Below, piece after piece: positions 1-7,610 of a stretch of 39,822 nt of DNA. The translations under genes and the position numbers were made by a program. Each line of letters opens with the position of its first letter. Within the stretch, counting starts at the first letter, position 1. The notes beneath the pieces were generated by a model. That model was not told the DNA's origin, ran no database searches, and saw only the letters and a list, made by a program, of their open reading frames with translations. This DNA comes from Coriobacteriaceae bacterium (GTDB lineage: Bacteria > Actinomycetota > Coriobacteriia > Anaerosomatales > D1FN1-002), in assembly GCA_013824215.1 (NCBI GenBank), contig PNNM01000002.1, positions 1 through 39,822 of the forward strand. The letters are read 5' to 3'.

Positions 1-183
1 ATCGAGGACGGCCGGCTCACCCGGCCCCTGAAGAACCTGCGCTTCACGCAGCCGGCCATCGAGGCGCTGGCGGGAGTCGAGGGCATCGGTCGCGAACGCG
101 CTCATGCGGGCGAACGTGGGATGGCGCCGTTCGTCCCGGCGTTGCTGCTGAGTTCGTTCGCGTTCACCAGTCAGACGGGCTGA
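1..183 (+). CDS. TldD/PmbA-family metallopeptidase, C-terminal fragment (5' end outside the window)
   Basis: Frame +1 is open from the window edge to TGA 181-183. The translation IEDGRLTRPLKNLRFTQPAIEALAGVEGIGRER...FVPALLLSSFAFTSQTG resembles the C-terminal end of TldD/PmbA proteins. Only 60 aa are visible. Confidence 0.5.
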   Translation: MEDGRLTRPLKNLRFTQPAIEALAGVEGIGRERAHAGERGMAPFVPALLLSSFAFTSQTG

Positions 184-213
184 GCGTCTGGGGACGTGGG
201 CCTCCGCGCCGGA

Positions 214-835
214 TCAGTACCGCCCGGCCACCCGCTCGCGCATGACGTGCGCGACGTCGTCGATCCGGCAGTTCTCGGCCACCGCGCCCAGCTCGACGGC
301 CGAGCCCGGCATCGAGTACTGGAACGCGGTCTCGGCAGACTCCGCGATCGTGTACGGCCCCCGCCCGTGCCGCGAGCATCCCGAGCGCGCCGTCGGCGCC
401 CATCCCGGTCAGGAGCACCGCGAGCAGGCGGCTCCCGTAGGTCTGCGCCGCCGAGGAGAAGAGCATGTCGATCGACGGGACGTGGAGCGAGTCGGCGAAG
501 TCCGGGTCGAGGCGCGCTGTCACAGACCCGTTGGACCGCGCGAGCCGCAGATGCCGGCCGATGGGGGCGACGTAGACCGTGCCCGCGGCGAGCGTCTCGC
601 CGTTCCGAGCCTCCTTCACGCACACGTCGCAGAACGAGTCCAGGTGCGCGGCAAAGGTCCCGGTGAAGCCGAGCGGCATGTGGATGCAGATGCAGAGTGG
701 GACGGGGAACGCGCGCGGCAACGCGCGCAGGATCCGCTCGACAGCTGCAGGCCCCCCGGCCGACGCGCCGATCACGACCGCATCCAGCGGCCCGCCGAAC
801 GGGACACCGGTGATCTCGGCAGCTCTCTGCTCCAT
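214..835 (-). pseudogene. Stand-alone CheB-type protein-glutamate methylesterase, apparently frameshifted
   Basis: ATG 835 is preceded by GAGGGGGA. The catalytic-domain motifs IGASAGGP (Ser), CIHMP (His) and PSIDMLF (Asp) are present. After LAARAG the frame becomes Arg/Gly nonsense. The frame one base off reads PYTIAESAETAFQYSMPGSAVELG...RERVAGRY and stops at 216..214. The switch point is a C5 run at 358-362. Confidence 0.6.
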
Positions 836-1025
836 CGTCCCCCTCGGCACCAGATGGTACCGCAAGCTGCCTTCGGCCAAGGCTAAGGCCCCGGTCCTTC
901 GAACACCGGGGCCCTAGACAGTCCCGGCCCCCATGTGGAGGGGCGCCACCGTGTGGGAGCCGGGAGTGTCAGGTTCTTCTACCTGACATTAGTCTGTATC
1001 GGCGTCGCGGCGGCGGGCTTTAGAC

Positions 1026-1048
1026 AAAAAGGGGGCTCCGGTCCTCCC
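1026..1048 (-). terminator. Putative intrinsic terminator of the A/V-ATPase operon
   Basis: Minus strand reads GGG(A)GG-ACCGGAG-CCCCC followed by TTTTT, immediately after and overlapping the atpD stop codon. The stem is 5 GC pairs with one bulged A. Confidence 0.45.
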
Positions 1049-1683
1049 TACGCCTCACGCTGCTGCTCCTCGATCATCGCCTTGACCTTCATGAGGCGCG
1101 TGAGGTCGGAGCGTTCCGCCTCGTCCAGCTTCATGCGGATGTCGCGGACCGTGGAGACGAGCTGCGGGATCAGCACGTACTCGAGCGCGTTGACGCGCCT
1201 GCGGGTGGTCTCGATCTCGGCGGCGAGCAGCTCGATGGCCTTCTCACGCTCGGCGAGCTCGATCATGCGCGGGACCACACTGGCGAGCCGGGCGAGCGCC
1301 TCGTCGAGGACCGCTGGCGTCGTGGCATACGAGTACCCGCCGGGCGTGGGCAGCTCGGAGAGCTGCAGGACCGGGACACGCACACTCATGACGTTGCGCT
1401 GGCCCGCGGTCACGATGCCTGTCGGCTCGCCCGCCAGCAGCGCCTGGGTGATCGTGGCCGCACCGGCCTCGGCTCGGGCGACCGCGAGCAGGCCGTACGC
1501 CTCGAACAGGTCGCGCTCGACCTCAGCACGGAGCCGGCGGTTCTCGGCGATGCGCGACATGAACTCCTTGAGCAGTTGCTCCAGCTTGTCCTTGAGCAGC
1601 TTGTGTCCCCGACGGGCGACGTCGGCGCGGCGGCGGAGCTTGAGCAGCTCCATGCGGTTTGGGTTCACGCGCAGTGAGGGCAC
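1048..1683 (-). CDS. atpD: A/V-type ATP synthase subunit D
   Basis: N-terminus PSLRVNPNRMELLKLRRRADVARRGHKLLKDKLEQLL is the typical subunit D signature. GTG start with GAGGAGG 6 nt upstream. Last gene of the operon. Confidence 0.95.
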   Translation of the reverse strand: MPSLRVNPNRMELLKLRRRADVARRGHKLLKDKLEQLLKEFMSRIAENRRLRAEVERDLFEAYGLLAVARAEAGAATITQALLAGEPTGIVTAGQRNVMSVRVPVLQLSELPTPGGYSYATTPAVLDEALARLASVVPRMIELAEREKAIELLAAEIETTRRRVNALEYVLIPQLVSTVRDIRMKLDEAERSDLTRLMKVKAMIEEQQREA

Positions 1684-1686
1684 CGT

Positions 1687-1875
1687 CTACCTCCTCACCA
1701 TCGCGTAGACGGCGATGCCGATCGCCACGGCCAGCAGGGCGACGTTGAACGCCTTGATGTACGGGGCGATCGACCGGCCGCCAGCGAGCCGCGCGGTGGA
1801 ACGCGCGATCCAGACCTGGCCCGCAAGAAGCAGCGCGACCAGGACCGCGAGCGCGATGTAGGGCGCCGCCGTCAC
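1687..1875 (-). CDS. Small (62 aa) predicted two-TM membrane protein embedded between atpB and atpD
   Basis: GTG 1875 overlaps the atpB stop (GTGTGA) and TAG 1689..1687 lies 3 nt before the atpD GTG. G/C occupies the third position in nearly every codon. Hydrophobic helices [22 protein letters not shown] and [19 protein letters not shown] recognise no family. Confidence 0.55.
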   Translation of the reverse strand: MTAAPYIALAVLVALLLAGQVWIARSTARLAGGRSIAPYIKAFNVALLAVAIGIAVYAMVRR

Positions 1876-3293
1876 ACGCGGACCGCTTCCCCGGCAGGCA
1901 TGTACTTCTCCACGAACTCGTCCTTGATGCGCTTGAGTTCGGCACGCGGGAGCAGCGCCACAAGCTCCCAGCCGACCCGCAGGGTCTCCTCCACGCTGCG
2001 CTCCTCGTCGGCTCCCTGGCGAATGAACCGCTGCTCGAAGGCGTCGGCGAAGGCGACGAAGGCGCGGTCGGTGTCGGACAGGGCCGCCTCGCCGAGGATG
2101 ACGGCGAGCTCCTTGGCCTGGAGACCGCGGGCATAGGCGCCGAAGAGCTGGTTGGACAGGTCGGCGTGGTCCTCGCGCGTCTTGCCCGGGCCGATGCCCT
2201 TCTGCTTGAGGCGCGACAGCGACGGCAGGACGGCGACCGGAGGGTAGACGCCCGAGCGATGCAGCGCCCGGTCGAGGATGATCTGGCCCTCGGTGATGTA
2301 GCCAGTGAGGTCGGGGATGGGATGCGTCTTGTCGTCGTCGGGCATGCTCAAGATCGGCACCTGCGTGATCGAGCCCTTGCGGCCCTTCACGCGCCCGGCG
2401 CGCTCGTACAGCGTCGCGAGGTCGGTGTACAGGTAGCCCGGGAAGCCACGCCGGCCCGGCACCTCCTTGCGCGCGGCGGAGACCTCGCGCAGCGCCTCGC
2501 AGTAGTACGTCATGTCGGTGAGGATGACGAGCACGTGCATGTCGCACTCGTACGCAAGGTACTCGGCGGTCGTGAGCGCCATGCGCGGAGTGGCGATACG
2601 CTCGACGGCCGGGTCGTCGGCAAGGTTGAGGAACAGCACGGCGCGCTCGATGGCGGCCGTGGAGCGGAACTCGGTCATGAAGAAGTCCGCGTCCTCGAAC
2701 GTGATCCCCATCGCCGCGAACACGACAGCGAACTCACCCTCCAGCTTCCCGCCGACCTTGCCGGGGTCCTCGGAGCGCTGGAGCACCGCCGCCTGGCGGG
2801 CGATCTGCGCGGCGAGCTGGTTGTGCGGCAGGCCCGAGCCGGAGAAGATCGGCAGCTTCTGACCGCGGACGAGCGGGTTGAGGCCGTCGATCGAGCTGAC
2901 CCCGGTCTGGATGAAGTCGTCGGGGAAGTCGCGCGCCGTCGGGTTGATCGGCGAGCCGTAGATCGAGACCCGCTCGTCGGGGATGATCTCCGGCCCTCCG
3001 TCGCGCGGCCGGCCGAGGCCGTCGAAGACGCGACCGAGCATGTCGCGACTGACCCCCAACTCCAGCGAGCGGCCGAGGAAGCGGACCTTGGTCTCGGACG
3101 GGTTCGAGCCGCGCGTGCCCTGGAACGCCTGCACGAGCGCGACGTCGCCGTCCACCTCGAGCACGTTGCCCAGCGAGCGGGTGCCGTCCGGGTACTCCAA
3201 CTCCACGAGCTCCGCGTAGGTCACACCCGTCACGCCCTCGACGAGCAGCAGCGGGCCGACGATGTCGCGCGTGGTCGTGTACTCGCGTGTCAT
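1872..3293 (-). CDS. atpB: A/V-type ATP synthase subunit B
   Basis: [21 protein letters not shown]..., plus [15 protein letters not shown] and the rest of the conserved non-catalytic nucleotide-binding subunit. The ATG overlaps the atpA stop (ATGA). The longer ORF-track start at 3695 lies inside atpA and was rejected. Confidence 0.97.
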   Translation of the reverse strand: MTREYTTTRDIVGPLLLVEGVTGVTYAELVELEYPDGTRSLGNVLEVDGDVALVQAFQGTRGSNPSETKVRFLGRSLELGVSRDMLGRVFDGLGRPRDGGPEIIPDERVSIYGSPINPTARDFPDDFIQTGVSSIDGLNPLVRGQKLPIFSGSGLPHNQLAAQIARQAAVLQRSEDPGKVGGKLEGEFAVVFAAMGITFEDADFFMTEFRSTAAIERAVLFLNLADDPAVERIATPRMALTTAEYLAYECDMHVLVILTDMTYYCEALREVSAARKEVPGRRGFPGYLYTDLATLYERAGRVKGRKGSITQVPILSMPDDDKTHPIPDLTGYITEGQIILDRALHRSGVYPPVAVLPSLSRLKQKGIGPGKTREDHADLSNQLFGAYARGLQAKELAVILGEAALSDTDRAFVAFADAFEQRFIRQGADEERSVEETLRVGWELVALLPRAELKRIKDEFVEKYMPAGEAVRV

Positions 3294-5161
3294 CGGACGC
3301 CCACCCCCTCCGCGGACGCGGCACGCTGGCCGACGAGCTGGGTCTCGATCTGGGCCGCGATGTCGTCGAACTCGGCGAGCTTGTCCTCGGTGAGGTACTT
3401 TGCGCGCGCGATCCGCTCGCGCACCGGCGCGGCGAGGATCTCTTCCAGTTTCGCGCCGGCCCCGTGCGCCGCCACCGCGCGCCCGTGGAAGAGCAGGATC
3501 GTCGCGAGCAGCTTGTCCTGCTTGACCAGCGACGTGAACTGGTCGTCGTCGCGGAACGCGTTCTGCTGCAGGAAGTCCTCGCGGATGGACTTGGCGGTCT
3601 CCATGAGGATCTGCTCTTCGGCCGAGAGCGCCTCGAGTCCGACCAGACGGACGATCTCGGCGAGCTCGTTCTCGCGCTGGAGCATCGCCATGCACCGGTC
3701 GCGCCGCTCGCGGAACTCCACCGAGACGTTCTCGGCCCAGTAGGGCGCGACTTTGTCGAGGTACAGCGAGTAGCTGGTCAGCCAGTCGATGGCGGGGAAA
3801 TGCCGCTCGTACGCCAGGCGGTCCTGAAGCGCCCAGAAGACCTTCACGACGCGCAGCGTGTTCTGGACGACCGGCTCGGACAGGTCGCCACCCGGAGGCG
3901 ACACCGACCCGATGACCGACACGGAGCCGACGCGGAGGCCGGCGGCGGGGCTGGCAGGGGATTCCGACGAGGAGGCGCCGGAGGGGTCGGCGCCTCGTGT
4001 GTCACCCTTCGAGGCGCCGACCCCTCCGGCGCCTCCGAGACACTCCACCTTCCCCGACCTCTCGTAGAACGCCGCGATCTTGGTGCCGAGGTACGCCGGG
4101 AACCCTTCCTCGCCCGGCATCTCCTCGAGGCGTCCGGAGATCTCGCGCATCGCCTCAGCCCAGCGCGACGTCGAGTCGGCCTGGAGCACGACCTCGTAGC
4201 CCATGTCGCGGAAGTACTCGGCCATGCTGATGCCCGTGTAGACGGACGCCTCGCGCGCCGCGACCGGCATGTTCGACGTGTTGGCCACGAGCACGGTGCG
4301 CTTCATGAGCGGCTGGCCCGAGTACGGATCCACGAGCTCGGGGAACTCCATCAGCACGTCGGTCATCTCGTTGCCGCGCTCGCCGCAGCCGATGAAGACG
4401 ACGACCTGCGCGTTCGACCACTTGGCGACCTGGTGCTGGGTGACGGTCTTGCCCGCCCCGAACGGGCCGGGGATGCACGCCGAGCCGCCCTTGACCAGCG
4501 GGAAGAAGGTGTCGATGACGCGCGTGCCGGTGACGAGCGGCTCGGTGGCCGAGACCTTGCGCGCGTACGGGCGAGGGACGCGGACGGGCCAGCGCTGGAG
4601 CATGACGAGGTCGTGCTCCGTGCCGTCGTCGGCCTTCAGACGCCCGAACGGCTCGGTCACCGTGTATGAGCCGCTGGCGATCGCGACGATCTCGCCGCTC
4701 ATGCCGGGCGGCACCATGACGCGGTGCTCGATGACCTCGTTCTCCTGCACAGTCCCCAGGATGCCGCCGCCGGTGACGCGGTCGCCCTTGGCCGCGGTGG
4801 CGACGAACTCCCACTTCCTGGCGCGGTCGAGACCGGGCGCCGTCACGCCTCGCGTGAGGAAGTCGCCTGTCTGACCTCTCAGTATGTCGAGCGGGCGCTG
4901 CACGCCGTCGTACACAGCGCCGAGCATCCCGGGGCCGAGCTCGATCGAGAGTGGCGCACCGGTCGGCTCGACCGGGTCACCTGGCCCCAGTCCCTCGGTC
5001 TCCTCGTACACCTGGATGGACGCGCGGTCGCCGCGCATCTCGATGATCTCGCCCATCAAACCCTCGGAACCGACCTTGACGAGGTCGTACATCCGCGAGG
5101 TGGTCAGCCCCTCGGCCACGACCAGCGGGCCCGCGACCTTGACTATCCTGCCCTGCTCCAT
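3290..5161 (-). CDS. atpA: A/V-type ATP synthase catalytic subunit A (with a 33-aa low-complexity insertion)
   Basis: [19 protein letters not shown]..., Walker A GPFGAGKT, then [28 protein letters not shown]. It is 623 aa, longer than the usual subunit A because of the insertion at 3932-4030. Confidence 0.97.
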   Translation of the reverse strand: MEQGRIVKVAGPLVVAEGLTTSRMYDLVKVGSEGLMGEIIEMRGDRASIQVYEETEGLGPGDPVEPTGAPLSIELGPGMLGAVYDGVQRPLDILRGQTGDFLTRGVTAPGLDRARKWEFVATAAKGDRVTGGGILGTVQENEVIEHRVMVPPGMSGEIVAIASGSYTVTEPFGRLKADDGTEHDLVMLQRWPVRVPRPYARKVSATEPLVTGTRVIDTFFPLVKGGSACIPGPFGAGKTVTQHQVAKWSNAQVVVFIGCGERGNEMTDVLMEFPELVDPYSGQPLMKRTVLVANTSNMPVAAREASVYTGISMAEYFRDMGYEVVLQADSTSRWAEAMREISGRLEEMPGEEGFPAYLGTKIAAFYERSGKVECLGGAGGVGASKGDTRGADPSGASSSESPASPAAGLRVGSVSVIGSVSPPGGDLSEPVVQNTLRVVKVFWALQDRLAYERHFPAIDWLTSYSLYLDKVAPYWAENVSVEFRERRDRCMAMLQRENELAEIVRLVGLEALSAEEQILMETAKSIREDFLQQNAFRDDDQFTSLVKQDKLLATILLFHGRAVAAHGAGAKLEEILAAPVRERIARAKYLTEDKLAEFDDIAAQIETQLVGQRAASAEGVGVR

Positions 5162-5182
5162 GCCCTCGCGTCCCCTTCTCTG

Positions 5183-5491
5183 CTACAGCACCTTGGTGCC
5201 CAGCGCGCGCTCGATGGCCCGTGCGAGCTTCGCCTCGCCCACGCCTCCCGAGCTGCCCACGCCGGGCACGACGGTCACGGCCGGGACCGGGCGGTCGGCG
5301 ACCTCGGAAGCGAGGTCGGCGACGGCCTCGTACACCGGCTCGGTGACGAACACGACGTCGAAAGTGCCCGAGACCAGCTCGGGCCAGAGCTCGCGCGCCT
5401 GCTCCGGGCGCTCCACGCCGAACACGGCGAATCCGAGCGGACGGAATCCCGCCACGCTTGTGGTGTCCCCGACCATGGCGACCTTGCCCAT
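5183..5491 (-). CDS. atpF: A/V-type ATP synthase subunit F
   Basis: 102 aa, MGKVAMVGDTTSVAGFRPLGF...FDVVFVTE. Size, sequence pattern and operon position all fit subunit F. Confidence 0.9.
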   Translation of the reverse strand: MGKVAMVGDTTSVAGFRPLGFAVFGVERPEQARELWPELVSGTFDVVFVTEPVYEAVADLASEVADRPVPAVTVVPGVGSSGGVGEAKLARAIERALGTKVL

Positions 5492-5500
5492 GCCGCCCCC

Positions 5501-6508
5501 CTACTCGTACAGATCCCGCAGGCGCGCGCGCAGCACGCCGGCGTCCAGACCCGACAGCTTCCCGATGAGCAGGACACGCACGGCCATGACCTCGGCCTCG
5601 CGCGCCAGCACATACGCGATGACCGGCTCCGGGCCGACCGGCACCGCGCGCGCCGTCCGCAGATAGGCCACCACCACGTTGTCCGCGACCACGTCGAGCC
5701 GGGAGGGATCGGCCATCTCGGCGACGTTGATGCCTCTCAGCTGCGTCAGCGACCCCAAGCGCGCCGCGAGATCGGCCGCCGAGCCGTAGTAGAGCTCGGC
5801 CACGTCCTTCGCGGTCAGCGAGCCGCCGTCCACGAGCACGTCCGGGAGCTCGGTCACGGACGCTCCCTTGAGCCGCATCCGCACGAGTGTCTTGGCGTTG
5901 GCCACATCCACGTACAGCCGCGCCAGCCCTTCGAGGAACTCGCTGCGCGACGTGCGGGCGCACTTCTTGAGCTCGGCGAACATCGCGCGATCGACGGTCA
6001 TGTCGATCCCCGCGAGACCCTCGACGCCGCCTTCGTCGCGCTCGGAGAACTCGACGCCGGCCGCCAGCGAGCCGAACGGCTCCGGCAGGTCGGTCGGATG
6101 GCCGAGGAACTCCTCGGCGGGGAGAGTGCCGAGGCCTACGAGCATGCTCGTCACGGGCACGCCCACCACGCGGGCCTTGAGCGCCGCCTTGAGGTTCGCG
6201 AAGTCGTAGCGCACGCGGAAGAAGCGGACGACAGGCTTGGGCAGCTCGGACTCGTCCAGGAAGCCGTAGAAGGCGTCGAGCGCCTCGCCGAGACCGCGCT
6301 CGACATCCTCAGGGGTCTCCGTGCCCTCGATGTAGCGTCCGTACGGGGACTCGGAGAGTATCCGCTTCTGCTCGGCGAACGTCGGCGCGTCCAGAAGGCG
6401 CTCGTACGTCGCGCGCCCGAACGCTCGCGTCTCGAGCACGCGCACCTTGCCGACGGCGAAGCCGTATCGGATGGTCTGTCGCGGCGATATGAGGGCGCTC
6501 GCACGCAC
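5501..6508 (-). CDS. atpC: A/V-type ATP synthase subunit C
   Basis: About 335 aa helical protein lying between E and F. GTG 6508 is 1 nt after the atpE stop, with GGAGGAG upstream. The longer ORF-track start at 6760 overlaps atpE. Confidence 0.85.
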   Translation of the reverse strand: MRASALISPRQTIRYGFAVGKVRVLETRAFGRATYERLLDAPTFAEQKRILSESPYGRYIEGTETPEDVERGLGEALDAFYGFLDESELPKPVVRFFRVRYDFANLKAALKARVVGVPVTSMLVGLGTLPAEEFLGHPTDLPEPFGSLAAGVEFSERDEGGVEGLAGIDMTVDRAMFAELKKCARTSRSEFLEGLARLYVDVANAKTLVRMRLKGASVTELPDVLVDGGSLTAKDVAELYYGSAADLAARLGSLTQLRGINVAEMADPSRLDVVADNVVVAYLRTARAVPVGPEPVIAYVLAREAEVMAVRVLLIGKLSGLDAGVLRARLRDLYE

Positions 6509-6509
6509 G

Positions 6510-7103
6510 CTACTCCTCCGACGCCTCGCCGAACAGGACCTGCGCCACGATGAGCGCGAGGTCCTCCCGTCGCTCCTCGACCAGGGAGGCGGCAGAGACC
6601 TCTGCCCGGACCCTGTCGCCCGCCAGCACGACCCCGCGGTCGACGTCAGCGGGCTCCCCGCTCCACTCGAGGACCAGGTCCGGCGCGGCCCTCTCGACCG
6701 CCCCGCGGATCGCCGAGGCCCGCGCGGCGTCCGCGGCCGCGACGCGCACCGTCTCGCCACCCCGAGCCGCGCGAACTGCGGCGGCGGCCAGCAGCGCCGC
6801 GTACCGCTCGTCCGGCAGCGCCACCATGGCGGTCTCGACCTCTGTCAGCGCACGATCCACGAACTCCCGGCGCACGGCGAGCAGCCGGTCCCGGGCACGC
6901 AGCCGCGCGGTCGCCCGCATGGTGTCGGCGTCCGCCGCGGCACGCACCGCCGCGCGCTCGACCACAAGCACGGCATCACGATCCGCCTCGGCGCGAGCCT
7001 CGGCCACGACGCGCTGGGTCTCGCGCTCGGCGTCGGCCATGATGGTCGCCGCCTCGCCCTCAGCGTCCGTTCCAATGCGCCCCAGGATGTCTGCGATCGC
7101 CAC
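6510..7103 (-). CDS. atpE: A/V-type ATP synthase subunit E (peripheral stalk)
   Basis: 197 aa. An Ala/Arg/Glu-rich N-terminal coiled coil is followed by a globular C-terminus, and the operon position fits. Confidence 0.85.
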   Translation of the reverse strand: MAIADILGRIGTDAEGEAATIMADAERETQRVVAEARAEADRDAVLVVERAAVRAAADADTMRATARLRARDRLLAVRREFVDRALTEVETAMVALPDERYAALLAAAAVRAARGGETVRVAAADAARASAIRGAVERAAPDLVLEWSGEPADVDRGVVLAGDRVRAEVSAASLVEERREDLALIVAQVLFGEASEE

Positions 7104-7109
7104 GGACGC

Positions 7110-7610
7110 CTACTTCATGTACGCGGACTGCAGGGAGATCATCATGAGCACGGTGATGATGAGCGACAGCACCGCGTACGTCTCCACCAGCGCCGGGAAG
7201 ATGAGCGCCTTGCCCGCGTCCTCGCTGCGCTTCGCCACGATCCCGGCGGCCGACGCTCCCGTTATGCCCTGGTAGATGCCGCTGACCATGCACACCCAGC
7301 CGACGGGCTGGCAGGCGATGAACACCTTGAACCCCGCGGCGAGCGGCAGATCCATCTTCCCGCCGAGCACCCCGAACAGGATCAGCACCAGGATGCCTGC
7401 GATGAAGCCGTAGAAGCCCTGCGTGCCCGGCATGGCGGTGATCGGCAGCAGCTTGCCGAACTTCTCGCTGTCCTCGGACACGATACCTGACACCGTGCCC
7501 GCAGCCGCGGTGATGCCGATCGACGAGCCGATGCCGCCAAGGATCGCGGCCATCGCCCCGCCGAGCAGCGCCCAATCGGTACCGGTCATGCCCAACAAAG
7601 TCTCTTTCAC
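7110..7610 (-). CDS. atpK: A/V-type ATP synthase proteolipid subunit K (four-TM, 16-kDa type)
   Basis: Gly/Ala-rich hairpins (GGAMAAILGGIGSSIGITAAAG, GITGASAAGIVA) with the essential Glu in the last helix (FPALVETYAV). GTG 7610 overlaps the atpI stop (GTGA) and has AGGAGG 9 nt upstream. The alternative ATG is at 7589. Confidence 0.9.
   Translation of the reverse strand: MKETLLGMTGTDWALLGGAMAAILGGIGSSIGITAAAGTVSGIVSEDSEKFGKLLPITAMPGTQGFYGFIAGILVLILFGVLGGKMDLPLAAGFKVFIACQPVGWVCMVSGIYQGITGASAAGIVAKRSEDAGKALIFPALVETYAVLSLIITVLMMISLQSAYMK

Noticed and set aside
3294-3695. N-terminal extensions given by the ORF track for atpB (to 3695), atpC (to 6760), atpK (to 9419), the yabE-like gene (to 26821), metG (to 29572), the ROK kinase (to 34819) and others.
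   Set aside because: The extensions overlap the preceding well-supported genes and translate to Arg/Pro-rich nonsense. Internal starts with SD sequences or ATGA/GTGA stop-start overlaps fit the homologous N-termini.
3932-4030. Possible intein in the ATPase A subunit.
   Set aside because: The insert is only 33 aa and low complexity. It lacks a Cys/Ser/Thr nucleophile plus His-Asn splice-junction blocks, and it is not at the P-loop site used by VMA inteins.
2166-6553. Very long ORFs on the strand opposite the ATPase genes (for example 2166..3743 +, 3287..4669 +, 4724..6553 +), and similar ones elsewhere (16174..17607 -, 27320..28987 +, 31370..33778 +).
   Set aside because: Their products are Arg/Ala/Gly/Pro-rich low-complexity sequences with no motifs. 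They are mirror-frame artefacts of high GC content lying opposite clearly homologous genes.
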